A DNA stretch of 64,000 nt from Candidatus Latescibacterota bacterium (lineage in GTDB: Bacteria; Latescibacterota; UBA2968; UBA8231), in the NCBI GenBank assembly GCA_963422735.1, contig OY730476.1, positions 4,128,001-4,192,000 of the forward strand. Reading direction: 5' to 3'. The position numbers and the translations under genes were made by a program. Positions 10,893-20,752 of this stretch are shown here, piece after piece. The notes under the pieces were generated by a model that was given only the letters and a program-made list of their open reading frames with translations, was not told where the DNA came from and did not search any database. Every line of letters begins with the position of its first letter. The stretch's first letter is position 1.

Positions 10893-11804
10893 ATGCTACT
10901 CAACCCTGCACCCGCCGAGTCCAAGCCGCACGCCTTGCGCCGCCTGATGGCCGAGAAGACCCTGACCTTGCCCGGGGCCTTCAACGCACCCGTGGCCATG
11001 CTGGCCGAGCGCACCGGGTTCGAGGCCGTGTACATTTCCGGGGCCGGGCTAGCCAACGGCACGGCCGGCTACCCGGACGTCGGCCTGTTGGGCATGGACG
11101 AAATGGCGCGCCAAGCCGGCTACATTGCCGGCGCAGTCCAAGTGCCCTGCATTTGCGATGCGGACACCGGGTTTGGCGAGATCTGGCAGGTGATGCGCAC
11201 GGTGCGCACGTACGAGCGCGAGGGCTTGGCCGGATTGCACTTAGAGGACCAAGTCATGCCCAAGCGCTGCGGCCATCTCGACGGCAAGGCCCTGATCGGG
11301 GCGGACGAAATGGCGCGCAAGATCGCCGCCGCCTGCGCGGCGCGGCAAGATTCGGACTTTGTGATCATCGCCCGCTGCGACGCCCGCGCTGTCGAGGGCT
11401 TTGCACAGAGCGTCGAGCGCGGCCAACGCTACTTGGAAGCCGGCGCGGACGCAGTCTTTCCCGAAGCCATGCAGAGTGCCGAGGAATTCGCCCGCTACGC
11501 CGAGCAAGTCAAAGGCCCGCTCCTCGCCAACATGACCGAATTCGGCAAATCGCCGCACCTGTCGGTCGCGGAGTTTGCCGCCATGGGATACCGCCTCGTG
11601 ATTTTTCCGATGAGCGCGTTCCGCGCGATGATGAAGTCGGTCGCAGCCCTCTTTTGCGAACTGAAGGAAAAGGGCACCCTCAAAGACGCCCTCGGACAGA
11701 TGCAGACACGAGCGGAACTCTACGAATTACTCGGCTACGACCAGTACACCAAACTAGACGCAGCGTTGGCTGCCCGCTTTCCATCAAACGGAGAGAACCG
11801 ATGA
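10893..11804 (+). CDS. prpB: 2-methylisocitrate lyase
   Basis: DADTGFG, EDQVMPKRCGH, LANMTEFGKSP; near a citrate-synthase-family gene. Confidence 0.92.
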   Translation: MLLNPAPAESKPHALRRLMAEKTLTLPGAFNAPVAMLAERTGFEAVYISGAGLANGTAGYPDVGLLGMDEMARQAGYIAGAVQVPCICDADTGFGEIWQVMRTVRTYEREGLAGLHLEDQVMPKRCGHLDGKALIGADEMARKIAAACAARQDSDFVIIARCDARAVEGFAQSVERGQRYLEAGADAVFPEAMQSAEEFARYAEQVKGPLLANMTEFGKSPHLSVAEFAAMGYRLVIFPMSAFRAMMKSVAALFCELKEKGTLKDALGQMQTRAELYELLGYDQYTKLDAALAARFPSNGENR

Positions 11805-12002
11805 ATTATCAGCTAACGGCTTTTATTGGACGCGAGGGCAGCGGCTACGTCTCTCTGTGTCCTGAATTAGATGTAGCCAGCGGGGGAAAGACCATTGAAG
11901 AGGCGCGGTGTAATTTACAATATGCCGTGGAGTTGTTTTTAGAATGTGCGTCGCCTGCACAACGAGATGTACGTCACGCAGCTTGAGGTAGCTACTGGCT
12001 AA
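11801..12002 (+). pseudogene. HicB-family antitoxin with a frameshift near the C-terminus
   Basis: GYVSLCPELDVASGGKTIEEARCNLQYAVELFLE; a typical YVTQLEVATG* tail lies in another frame ending at 12002. Confidence 0.8.
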
Positions 12003-12212
12003 AGTGCGGCCTCTTTCTGGCAGGGCCGTATGTATCATCCTCGCCAAGCACGGTTTTGCAGAAATCGCAGACGAGGTAGTCATATAATCATGCAGCGCAA
12101 ACTCAAAACTGGCACGATTACAGTACCCGTACCGGATCACAAGGAATTGCACATAGGTACGCTGAGTTAGATAATTCGCCAGTCTGGTGTGCCGCGATCT
12201 GCCTTTGAATAG
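11995..12212 (+). pseudogene. HicA-family toxin pseudogene
   Basis: LSGRAVCIILAKHGF, frameshift near 12066, then RGSHIIMQ...VPVPDHKELHIGTLS*IIRQSG with in-frame TAG at 12168. Confidence 0.85.
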
Positions 12213-12304
12213 CGGACACCGCTCCGATGCAATCTTGCTGCTTGAGCATCTATGCAGCGTTCAAATCAACCAACGACCAACACTTCCATAGAGAGATATA
12301 CACA

Positions 12305-13435
12305 ATGACCGACAAATCCTACAGCCCCGGCCTCGAAGGCGTGATCGCCGGCGAGTCCGCCCTTTCTCGCATCGACCTGGATCTCAATCGCCTGATTCTG
12401 CGCGGCTACGACCTCGTGGAGCTAACCGAGAACGCCCGCTACGAAGAGGTCGCTTATCTGCTGCTTTACGGCGAGTTGCCGACAGTTGGCGAGTTGGCCG
12501 CGTTCAACCAACAACTGCGCTCGCAGCGCGATCTGCCCGGCCCGGTGATCGAACTGCTGTGCGCTGCTCCGGTGGACGCCCATCCCATGGACCTCTTGCG
12601 TACTGCGGTATCGGCGCTGGCGTTTTTCGACCCGGAAACCCGCGACAATTCCCATCGGGCCAACGTGCGCAAAGCCGTGCGCCTCTTGGCCAAAATTCCC
12701 ACCGCGCTCGCCACCGGTCACCGCTTCGCGCAGGGCCTAGAGCCGGTAGCCCCCGACGCCGAGCTAGACCAAGCGGCCAATCTGCTTTACATGCTGCGCG
12801 GCGAAAAGCCACCCGAATACGAAGTAGAGGCCATGAACATCTCGCTGATCCTCTACGCCGAGCACGGGTACAACGCCTCGGCGTTTACCGCCCGGGTCGT
12901 AGCCTCGACACTCGCCGACCTGTACGCTGCCGTGACCGCGGCCATCGGTGCCCTGCACGGCCCCTTGCACGGCGGTGCCAACGAGGCGGCCATGCAGATG
13001 CTCTTGGAGGTAGATTCGCCCGCGGCGGCCGAGCAGTGGGTCCTCGACGCGCTGGCGCAAAAGAAGAAGATCATGGGCTTTGGACATCGGGAATACAAAA
13101 GCGGCGACTCGCGGGTACCGACGATGAAGAAGGTTGGCCGCCAGGTCGCCGCGGCCGTCGGCGACACCAAGTGGCCGGACCTAGCCGATGTGGTCGAAGC
13201 GACGATGATGCGCGAAAAAGGCATCTTCCCCAACGTCGATTTTCCCTGTGCGTACACCTACTACATCATGGGCATCCCGATCCCGCTCTACACCCCCATC
13301 TTCGTGGCCAGCCGCGTGGTGGGCTGGGCGGCGCACGTGATCGAACAGCACGACGCCAATCGGCTCATCCGCCCCAACCACATCTACACCGGGCCGGAGC
13401 ACCGTGCGTTTGTCGCACTCGGCGAGCGGGGCTGA
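12305..13435 (+). CDS. prpC: 2-methylcitrate synthase / citrate synthase
   Basis: GLEGV, YAEHGYNAS, GPLHGGANE, MGFGHR, PNVDF; downstream of prpB. Confidence 0.88.
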   Translation: MTDKSYSPGLEGVIAGESALSRIDLDLNRLILRGYDLVELTENARYEEVAYLLLYGELPTVGELAAFNQQLRSQRDLPGPVIELLCAAPVDAHPMDLLRTAVSALAFFDPETRDNSHRANVRKAVRLLAKIPTALATGHRFAQGLEPVAPDAELDQAANLLYMLRGEKPPEYEVEAMNISLILYAEHGYNASAFTARVVASTLADLYAAVTAAIGALHGPLHGGANEAAMQMLLEVDSPAAAEQWVLDALAQKKKIMGFGHREYKSGDSRVPTMKKVGRQVAAAVGDTKWPDLADVVEATMMREKGIFPNVDFPCAYTYYIMGIPIPLYTPIFVASRVVGWAAHVIEQHDANRLIRPNHIYTGPEHRAFVALGERG

Positions 13436-13460
13436 CCTACAACCTGAGCTTAGCCGAAGG

Positions 13461-13997
13461 TCAGCCGCGCACTCTTAGCAACCAAGACCGCATATAGAGC
13501 AAGAAATGCTGCACTGCATCGCTCTGGTAGTCGGGATACGTCCATTCCAGAGGCTGGTAGCATCCCCGCTGATAGAGCAGGGTCACCTCGGCGTAGAGCT
13601 GCGGGGCAATGCACACCCGGTGGCCAGCGCACTTGGTCGTGGCCAACACCAAGCTCTCGATCGAAAGCAATCCCGGGTCGATGTTGGCGCGGCGGCGCAA
13701 TGTCCCTCCTGTTGCTCTTCCCAGTGCTTTTTCTAGTTCGATCGTCTGGCGCTTGCAGGCCGCCAGCTCGGCGGGGTCGAGCCGCTGGGCAAAGCACACA
13801 AGCTGTTTGCACAGCCCCGCGCCCATTTCCGCTTCGTAGTACGAGGTGAAATCAAAATCATAGGTCTCACTGGCCGCGTGCGGGAGACCGAAGCATTCGA
13901 CGAGGCCGATTTTGGCGTCGGTGAACGTATCAGCGGAATCGGCTAATATCGCGCAGACTAATGCGACGGGCGTGGAGGGTTGGAGATCAATGGGCAT
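13461..13997 (-). CDS. DUF4416-family protein
   Basis: FDFTSYYEAEMG, RRANIDPG, LVLATTK, LEWTYPDY. Confidence 0.8.
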   Translation of the reverse strand: MPIDLQPSTPVALVCAILADSADTFTDAKIGLVECFGLPHAASETYDFDFTSYYEAEMGAGLCKQLVCFAQRLDPAELAACKRQTIELEKALGRATGGTLRRRANIDPGLLSIESLVLATTKCAGHRVCIAPQLYAEVTLLYQRGCYQPLEWTYPDYQSDAVQHFLLYMRSWLLRVRG

Positions 13998-14099
13998 CTT
14001 GTAACAGAAGGCAGGGAACCTAACTGCGTCAATTCCTGCGATGGGATTGGTTTGCTATTTTATCGCCGCGGCTCCCACCTTCATTCAGGAAAAATTACT

Positions 14100-15158
14100 A
14101 TGCGCCTAGCAGACCTCGATACGCCCGCCCTCCTCGTCGATCTCAACGGCTTGGAGGACAACCTCGACCGCTACCAACGCTACTTTGACGAGCACGGCAT
14201 TGGCTTGCGGCCCCACATCAAGACCCACAAGTGCGTGGCCATCGCCCATCGGCAAATGCGTCGTGGGGCCATGGGCATCACCTGCCAGAAGCTCGGCGAG
14301 GCCGAGGTCATGGCAGCGGGCGGAGTAGATCGCGACATCCTGATTCCCTACAACATCATCGGCGCACAAAAACTGGCGCGGCTGGTCGCACTGGCGCGAC
14401 AAACCCGGCTGACTGTGGCGGCCGATTCCGAATACACCGTGCAGGGGCTGGCTGCGGCCTCCGCAGAAGCAGATGTCGCCTTGGGAGTGGTCGTCGAACT
14501 CGATCGCGGGCGCACGGGCGTAGGCTCGCCCGCTGCGGCGGCGACGCTAGGCGAAAAAATCGACCAAGCCCCCAACATCGAACTCCGGGGCATCATGTCC
14601 ATGCCAGCGAATCCAGATATGCGACCGATCATCCAAGAGACGCTCGCACATTTCGACCGCAAGGGCCTGCCGCATCCCATCGTCAGCGGCGGCAGCACAC
14701 CGGGCGCATTTATGGCGCACGAGATCCCCGAGCTGACCGAGTACCGGGCCGGCGAGTACCCAGTCGGCGGCGTCGGCCATCTCCGTCGGGGAACCCACAG
14801 TGTCGGTCAGTGCGCTGGCCGGGTGCTGATGACCGTGGTCAGCCGGCCGGCCGCAGACCGCGCCATCCTCGACGGGGGCAGCAAGTCGCTCAGCGCAGCG
14901 GTCTATCGCGAGGAGGACGGCTCGTCCATCATGGGGCACATTGTCGAGTACCCCCAAGCCATTTTCTGCGGGGCCTCGGAGGAACACGGGCAGGTCGATC
15001 TATCAGCCTGCGACGACAAGCCCCAAATAGGCGAACAGGTGCAGGTCTTGCCAGTTCATCCCTGTCCCTGTTTCAACGAACACGACCAAATGTTTGCCGT
15101 GCGCGGCGGCCGAGTGGAAGCTGTTTGGCCGGTTGACGCCCGCGGGCAAATACGCTGA
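14100..15158 (+). CDS. PLP-dependent D-threonine aldolase / D-serine dehydratase-like enzyme (fold III)
   Basis: LDTPALLVD, LRPHIKTHK (PLP lysine), LDGGSKSLS, SEEHG, PVHPC. Confidence 0.88.
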   Translation: MRLADLDTPALLVDLNGLEDNLDRYQRYFDEHGIGLRPHIKTHKCVAIAHRQMRRGAMGITCQKLGEAEVMAAGGVDRDILIPYNIIGAQKLARLVALARQTRLTVAADSEYTVQGLAAASAEADVALGVVVELDRGRTGVGSPAAAATLGEKIDQAPNIELRGIMSMPANPDMRPIIQETLAHFDRKGLPHPIVSGGSTPGAFMAHEIPELTEYRAGEYPVGGVGHLRRGTHSVGQCAGRVLMTVVSRPAADRAILDGGSKSLSAAVYREEDGSSIMGHIVEYPQAIFCGASEEHGQVDLSACDDKPQIGEQVQVLPVHPCPCFNEHDQMFAVRGGRVEAVWPVDARGQIR

Positions 15159-15199
15159 GAGGCAACGCTTTTCTCGCCACCCGAAGGGAGGTGTATTTC

Positions 15200-15901
15200 A
15201 TGAACTTTGACGAATTGAGCGAAAAACTGAAGGCAGTTAGCACAGCGACCCTGACGTCTGTGCTCCGCAACAAGGGACTGCACAACACGTTTATGCACCA
15301 AGTTTCGCCCCTTGCGCCCGACATGCAAATGGTCGGCCGGGCCTTTACCCTGCGTTATATTCCCGCGCGTGAAGACCTCGACGAGGTCGCACTGGACAAC
15401 CTGAAAGACGTGCAGCGAATCGGCATTGAGCAGGTGACCGCCGGCGAGGTATTCGTTATTGATGCACGCGGCGACACCCGCGCCGGGACTATGGGATCCA
15501 TCTTAGCGGCGCGGCTGCAAGTGCGCGGCTGCACGGGGATCGTCACCGATGGGGCCTACCGCGACTCGCCGACCATCGCCGCGTCGGGATTGCCCGCTTA
15601 CTCGGCGGCCATGAACGCCCACACCAACAAGACCATCCACCACCCCAGCGAAATCCAAGTGCCCATCGCCTGCGGCGGCGTGGCGGTCTTTCCCGGCGAC
15701 ATCCTCGTCGGCGATGGAGAAGGCGTCGTGGTCATACCCGTGCATCTGGCCGAAGAGGTCGCTGTCGAGGCCGAGGAGATGGAGAAAAAGGAGCGCTTCA
15801 TCACCGAGAAAATCCGCGCCGGGGCGAGTATCGTCGGCACCTATCCCCCGGACGAGCAAACCTTGGCCGAGTACCAAACCTGGAAAACAAACCAACCGTA
15901 G
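15200..15901 (+). CDS. RraA / HMG-aldolase family protein
   Basis: VGRAFTLRYIPARED, VTDGAYRD, CGGVAVFPGDILVGDGEGVVVIP. Confidence 0.88.
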   Translation: MNFDELSEKLKAVSTATLTSVLRNKGLHNTFMHQVSPLAPDMQMVGRAFTLRYIPAREDLDEVALDNLKDVQRIGIEQVTAGEVFVIDARGDTRAGTMGSILAARLQVRGCTGIVTDGAYRDSPTIAASGLPAYSAAMNAHTNKTIHHPSEIQVPIACGGVAVFPGDILVGDGEGVVVIPVHLAEEVAVEAEEMEKKERFITEKIRAGASIVGTYPPDEQTLAEYQTWKTNQP

Positions 15902-15994
15902 AGGCACTCCTTGTGGGTGCCCTTCGCATGTTTTCCATGGACCGCGTTCTGCTGCGGTGCGGAGACGGCTGAGGCACTTGCCCTTGTGTCCGCC

Positions 15995-17335
15995 TCAGCC
16001 CAGACGGCGGCGCAAGCGGTGCGCGAGATCGGCGACCATAGCGGGAGCGGAGGCGGCGATGTTGTGCAGCTCGTCGGGGTCCTGCTCAAGGTCGTAGAGT
16101 TCGTCGCAGTCGTTGTAATTCTGGATGTATTTGTGGGTAGCAGTGCGAATGCAGCGGAAGTTGTGCAAGGCGGCGACGGTCCCTTGGCGGTGGGTGTCGG
16201 TCTGGCCGTCGAGGACCGGTTGCAGCGACCGGGCGTCAATGTCTTGCTGCGGCGCGAGCTGGGCGAAATCGCTTATTGTGGCATTGAGGTCAATGAGTTC
16301 GCACAGCGCGTCACAGACGCGGCTCCCGGCGATATTCGGCCCGGCGATGATCAGCGGTACGCGCAGGCTAGCCTCGTAGGCGGCGCTCTTAGTGTACAGC
16401 CCGTGGTCGCCGAGCAGTTCGCCGTGGTCGGAGGCAAAGATGATATAGGTGTTGTCGAGTTGGTCGCGTTTTTCGAGCGCATCGAGGATCTGGCCGATCT
16501 GGTCGTCGATGAGTTCGATGGCAGCGCAGTATTGGCGGCGGGTTTGGGTGATTTGGTCGGGGGTGAAGCCTACAGCGCGTTTTTTGATCCACTCGGGTTT
16601 GCCAGCGAGGGAGTCGCTGATGGCCGGGGGCATCGCCGCGTCGCGGTAGCGATCGCCATATACGGTGGGCGGATCAAAGGGATCGTGCGGGCCGACGAAG
16701 CTGACGAAGTAGTGCCAAGGGAAGTCGTCGGACACATTGGCGATCCACTCGGCGGCGCGACGACCGATATAGGCGTCCTCAAAGTCCGCGCTGGCCAGTG
16801 GCGAGTCGCGACAGTCGGTAATCCAACTGGTGGCGGCGCGTCGCTGATAGTCCTGGTGAAATGTCGCCAATTGCCCTTTGGCGGCTAGGTAGTGCGTATA
16901 GGGGCCAATCGGCGTGGGCGAGGAGCCGGCGTGCATTTTGCCCTCGCATTCCTCTGGATGGGTGAAGCCCCAGCTATAGGCGTAGGGCCGGTCGCCGCCG
17001 CGGCCATTATAGCCGTCGGATTTGCGCAGGTCGAGCTTGCCGACGCAGCCAACGCGGTAGCCGGCGTCGCGCAACCGCTGATAGTAGGTGGTGGTGCCCA
17101 AGGGCAGCCGCCCCGAATTGTCCAGACAGCCTAGGCGGCTCGGTTGCAGGCCGGAGGCCAAGCCGATCCGCGCCGGCGCACATACGGGTGCGTTGGTAGT
17201 GCATTGGGTGAAGCGTACGCCAGCGGCGGCAAGGCGATCTAGGTGGGGCGTGTGTAGAAAGTCGGCACCGGCAGCACCGAGATAGTCGTGGCGGTGCTGA
17301 TCATCCATGATGAAGAGTATGTTGGGACGGGGCAT
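15995..17335 (-). CDS. Formylglycine-type sulfatase
   Basis: RPNILFIMDDQHR, CAPAR (CxPxR), GPHDP, SDHGELLGDHG, ELYDLEQDPDE. Confidence 0.92.
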   Translation of the reverse strand: MPRPNILFIMDDQHRHDYLGAAGADFLHTPHLDRLAAAGVRFTQCTTNAPVCAPARIGLASGLQPSRLGCLDNSGRLPLGTTTYYQRLRDAGYRVGCVGKLDLRKSDGYNGRGGDRPYAYSWGFTHPEECEGKMHAGSSPTPIGPYTHYLAAKGQLATFHQDYQRRAATSWITDCRDSPLASADFEDAYIGRRAAEWIANVSDDFPWHYFVSFVGPHDPFDPPTVYGDRYRDAAMPPAISDSLAGKPEWIKKRAVGFTPDQITQTRRQYCAAIELIDDQIGQILDALEKRDQLDNTYIIFASDHGELLGDHGLYTKSAAYEASLRVPLIIAGPNIAGSRVCDALCELIDLNATISDFAQLAPQQDIDARSLQPVLDGQTDTHRQGTVAALHNFRCIRTATHKYIQNYNDCDELYDLEQDPDELHNIAASAPAMVADLAHRLRRRLG

Positions 17336-17486
17336 TGGAGGGTTCCTTGGCGTTTTAGGTAGCTTGAATGAGCGCGGGACGTGCAATATGTTGGTCCAAT
17401 CTACCCAGTCGCCAGTCTCGCTTCAAGCAGGCAGCTATGCATATTGCAGCATCCGCCCGCTTTGAGCGGCTAGTAGCCGTAGCACC

Positions 17487-18141
17487 ATGAATCCAGAAGT
17501 ATTCATCGCCAAGTGGCGTACCGCCAAACTCAAGGAACGCTCGGTCGCTCAGGAGCACTTCATTGACCTGTGCCGGGAGATATGGCGAGAGGATGGCTCT
17601 ATCTGCCCGCGAATCCAAACGGACATTCCAACGCCGACGTTCTGAAACCCTAGTTCAACGGTATGGATGTGACCCGTCGGCCTGCTGGCAAATGGATTGT
17701 CGATTTTGGACATGAGGCAAGCGAAGCTGACGCCGCACTTTACGAGACACCGTTCGCGCATATCCTCAAACACGTGAAGCCTACAAGAAACGGGAACAAG
17801 CGCAAGAACTTGCGGGACTCTTGGTGGAGACACGACCGGTCAGGACAGAGCATGTTCGAGAATATAGGCGCGTTGTCCTGCTACATGGCCACACCGCGCG
17901 TTGCCAAGCACAGACTGTTCGCGTGGCTTGACGACTGCCAACTGATCGTTATCGCCCGCGACGATGACACGACCTCCTGCACAACCGCTTTCCGAAGCGT
18001 GGTCCCTGCGGCTCGGAAGAGGCATACACCCCGACCACTACCTTCGAGACATTCCCGTTCCCGAAAGGGCTTTCGCCCAACATTCCCGCCGCTGATTATG
18101 CAGACGATCTCCGCGCCATCGCCGAAGCAGCGCGGAGACTC
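17487..18141 (+). pseudogene. Internally deleted MmeI-like (type IIL) restriction-modification enzyme remnant
   Basis: MNPEVFIAKWRTAKLKERSVAQEHFIDLCR N-terminus joined directly to C-terminal segments NPNGHSNADVLKP*FNGMDVTRR, TPRVAKHRLF, YTPTTTFETFPFP; stop at 17651 and frameshifts. Confidence 0.75.
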
Positions 18142-18401
18142 ATGTGCGTCCAAATAAGAGATGCAAAGTTCGTCATTGCCGATCTCACTCACGGCAACGA
18201 TGGCGCATATTGGGAGGCCGGTTACGCGGAGGGGCTAGGCAAGCCTGTTGCCTATATCTGCGAAAAGGAAGAATTTAAAAAAAGAGCCACTTTGATACGA
18301 ATTACTGCACGACCGTTTTCTGGTCTAAGTCTAGGGATAATGACGAGGATTTCCGTGAGGAATTGACCGCAACCCTTCGCCGGTCGCTCGATGAATCGTG
18401 A
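18142..18401 (+). pseudogene. Nucleoside 2-deoxyribosyltransferase-like C-terminal fragment
   Basis: IRDAKFVIADLTHGNDGAYWEAGYAEGLGKPV; continues as HFDTNYCTTVFW after a shift at the A-run near 18277-18283. Confidence 0.7.
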
Positions 18402-18465
18402 TAGCCGCCAACGGAGCAGTCGGTCCAGCCCAACAGTACTGTTCGACAATATGGAGAAACAACCC

Positions 18466-18510
18466 ATGAGGATTGAGCAGATTGAAATCAAAAACTACCG
18501 TCGGCGGTGA
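18466..18510 (+). pseudogene. N-terminal stub of an SMC/OLD-type ABC ATPase
   Basis: GGAG RBS followed by MRIEQIEIKNYR then a stop. Confidence 0.5.
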
Positions 18511-18598
18511 CGCACGACCAGCGCAATCCCATACTGCGGCCTTCCGCAAACGGCTTCGACAATCAAGGAGTGGAATATCCATTCTCGTTTTGGAAATA

Positions 18599-19281
18599 TC
18601 AATTCGTTACGTAGTTCTTTAGCATTTTAACTATTTTTTCTACTTCTTTTTCTGAAAGATCTTCTTTTTTATTTTTTATAAAATAATTGATTTCATGCAA
18701 ATTAGAAACATAAACAAATTTGTAATTAGAATTATATCTCATGTTTCCTTGAATAGACAACAATACACTTGTCACTCGTGGATAACTTTTTTTCCACCAT
18801 CCCCATCTAGATTTTATTTTTATCCATAAAACTCTCCCTGATCTATCGACTTGCTCGTGTGGACTGAGCCCTTCTTGTTGATTATAATATTGGTTGCTCC
18901 AGTTTTTTACTTCAATTAGGATGATTCCCTTTTTAGAAACTACGATAAAGTCTATTTGCGCTGTTCTGAGATTCTTCCTTCCCATGTATGTGACATAACG
19001 AGGAAGAATTACCCGTACTCCACACAAAATATTATAGTGATTACTTAGCTGTGATAATTTTTTTAGTGCTAGTACTTCTCCTCTTGCTCCCGGGTAAAGT
19101 GGATTATCCTTGTTTTTTTTATCCACTTTCTTATGCCTACAATGAAACCATGACCCTCCGCATTTAGTTCATTTTTTAATTTTCTGTGTATAGTTTCTAT
19201 ATCTTCAATTTTTTTAACTTGTTTAGGATATAAGTATAGAAGTCGCTTCTCACTATCCGGCCTACCATAAATTATCGCCAT
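18599..19281 (-). pseudogene. NERD-domain nuclease, AT-rich, split by a frameshift
   Basis: GARGE, AQIDFIVVSKKGIILIEVKNWS NERD motif; ORFs 19069-19281 and 18599-19126 join at the T8 run at 19113-19120. Confidence 0.75.
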
Positions 19282-19358
19282 TGGACAGACTCCAAGTTTA
19301 TTAAATTCTCACATTCTAACCCGCGATTCACATCCTTTGAGGGGCAACCCTCGTCTCC

Positions 19359-20750
19359 TCATCTACGCTCATCGGCCCGCTCAATGACCCGCATACTCTT
19401 CCAGCGGCCCGTGCGAAAGCGCAAGTAGAACGCCACGCCTGAGACGCATATATACGCACAGGCAAAGCTCCATATCAGGTATAGCCCCCCGTCGAAATAG
19501 GTTAGGGCGGCGAAAGACGGCACGACCATGAGCGCCCAAGCCAGCGATATCGAAACCCACATGACGAAGCGGGTGTCGCCTGCGCCCTTTAGGGTCGCTG
19601 TGAAGACCATATAGGCGGCGTCGGAGACACAGTACAGAGCCACGAAGCGCAGCAGGACCACGGCGATCTGATGCGCGGCCGCAAAGTTGGCGTCCCTGTC
19701 TGCGCCAAAAGGGGCAAGGAAAAACTCCGGCACCACGACGTAGCCCACGGACATCATCCCCATGTACAGCATGGCCAAGTGCAAGCCCGTCCACGTGCAG
19801 TACTCGGCAGCTTCGGACTGATCGCGCCCCAGGCGCTGACCGACCATCGTCGATATGGCAATGCTGCAACCAATGAGCGGCATAAAGGCGAGACTGTTGA
19901 TGTGAAAGGCCAAGTTCGTCGCCGCCAGTGGGATCGGCCCCAAGCGGCCCACGATGAACAAAAAGAAGGTAAAGGCCATGATGTCGAGCATGAAGTTGAC
20001 GCCGTTGGGGCCGCCGAAGCGCAACAGGCGCAGCAGCAGCTTGAGGTCGGGCTTCCAGCCGCGCAAGGTGGAGTACTCGCTGCGATAGCGCGGCCTCAAA
20101 AACAGCAGCGCGAAGGCTAGGGCCGAGACCACCAAGCCGATATTGGTGGCCCACGCCGCCCCGACGATTCCCAGTTCAGGCAGTCCCCAGTGCCCGAAAA
20201 TCAAGCCGTAATCGCAGATGATGTTGACGCTGATGGCCACGGCGTTGACCGCCAGCACCACCCAAGTCTGGCCTCGCCCGCTGAAAAAGCACGAGAAGGC
20301 CGTGGACAAGACTTGCGGCCCGGTGCCGTAGCAGAGGATGCGGAAGTACTGGGTTTCAGCGGCGCGGATGTCCGGGTCGTGGCCGATGAGCGCGAAGAGT
20401 TCGCCGGCAAAGGCAGCCGGCAGCAAGGCCAAGAGGCCGCTGAACAAGGCCACGTACGCCCCTTGCCACACGGCCGGTCCCACCCGCGTCAGCCGCCGCG
20501 CACCCATGTATTGGGCGACAAACGTGTTGGCGTATTGGGCCGTGCCCATGAAGAGGCTGATGAAGGTGAAGTTGGCCATGCCCGCCGGCAGCGCGGCCGC
20601 CAACGCCTCGGTGGAATACCAAGATAGAAAGACCCGATCGATAAAGTGCTGGATGCTCCAGCTAGCCGTGCTCAGAATCAGCGGCAGGGCAATCCCTAAA
20701 AACTCTCGGTACCCGCCTGCGGCTCCCCACCGCCTAGCGATGCGGCCCAC
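19359..20750 (-). CDS. MATE-family efflux transporter
   Basis: IALPLILS, FIDRVFL, LIFGHWGLPELGIVGAAWAT, LKGAGDTRF; many TM segments; start uncertain. Confidence 0.9.
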   Translation of the reverse strand: MGRIARRWGAAGGYREFLGIALPLILSTASWSIQHFIDRVFLSWYSTEALAAALPAGMANFTFISLFMGTAQYANTFVAQYMGARRLTRVGPAVWQGAYVALFSGLLALLPAAFAGELFALIGHDPDIRAAETQYFRILCYGTGPQVLSTAFSCFFSGRGQTWVVLAVNAVAISVNIICDYGLIFGHWGLPELGIVGAAWATNIGLVVSALAFALLFLRPRYRSEYSTLRGWKPDLKLLLRLLRFGGPNGVNFMLDIMAFTFFLFIVGRLGPIPLAATNLAFHINSLAFMPLIGCSIAISTMVGQRLGRDQSEAAEYCTWTGLHLAMLYMGMMSVGYVVVPEFFLAPFGADRDANFAAAHQIAVVLLRFVALYCVSDAAYMVFTATLKGAGDTRFVMWVSISLAWALMVVPSFAALTYFDGGLYLIWSFACAYICVSGVAFYLRFRTGRWKSMRVIERADERR

Positions 20751-20752
20751 GC

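Noticed and set aside
10622-11800. 454-aa ORF spanning purA/prpB
   Set aside because: Shadow frame of GC-rich genes; only the last ~60 codons (HicB) look real
12168-17653. TAG read-through or alternative genetic code explaining in-frame stops
   Set aside because: TAG terminates conserved genes normally (clpP, coxS) and the affected genes also carry frameshifts
18580-19350. Integron gene cassette boundaries around the NERD gene
   Set aside because: A GTTAGAA core-like site lies upstream on the minus strand, but there is no convincing inverse core, attC hairpin or integrase
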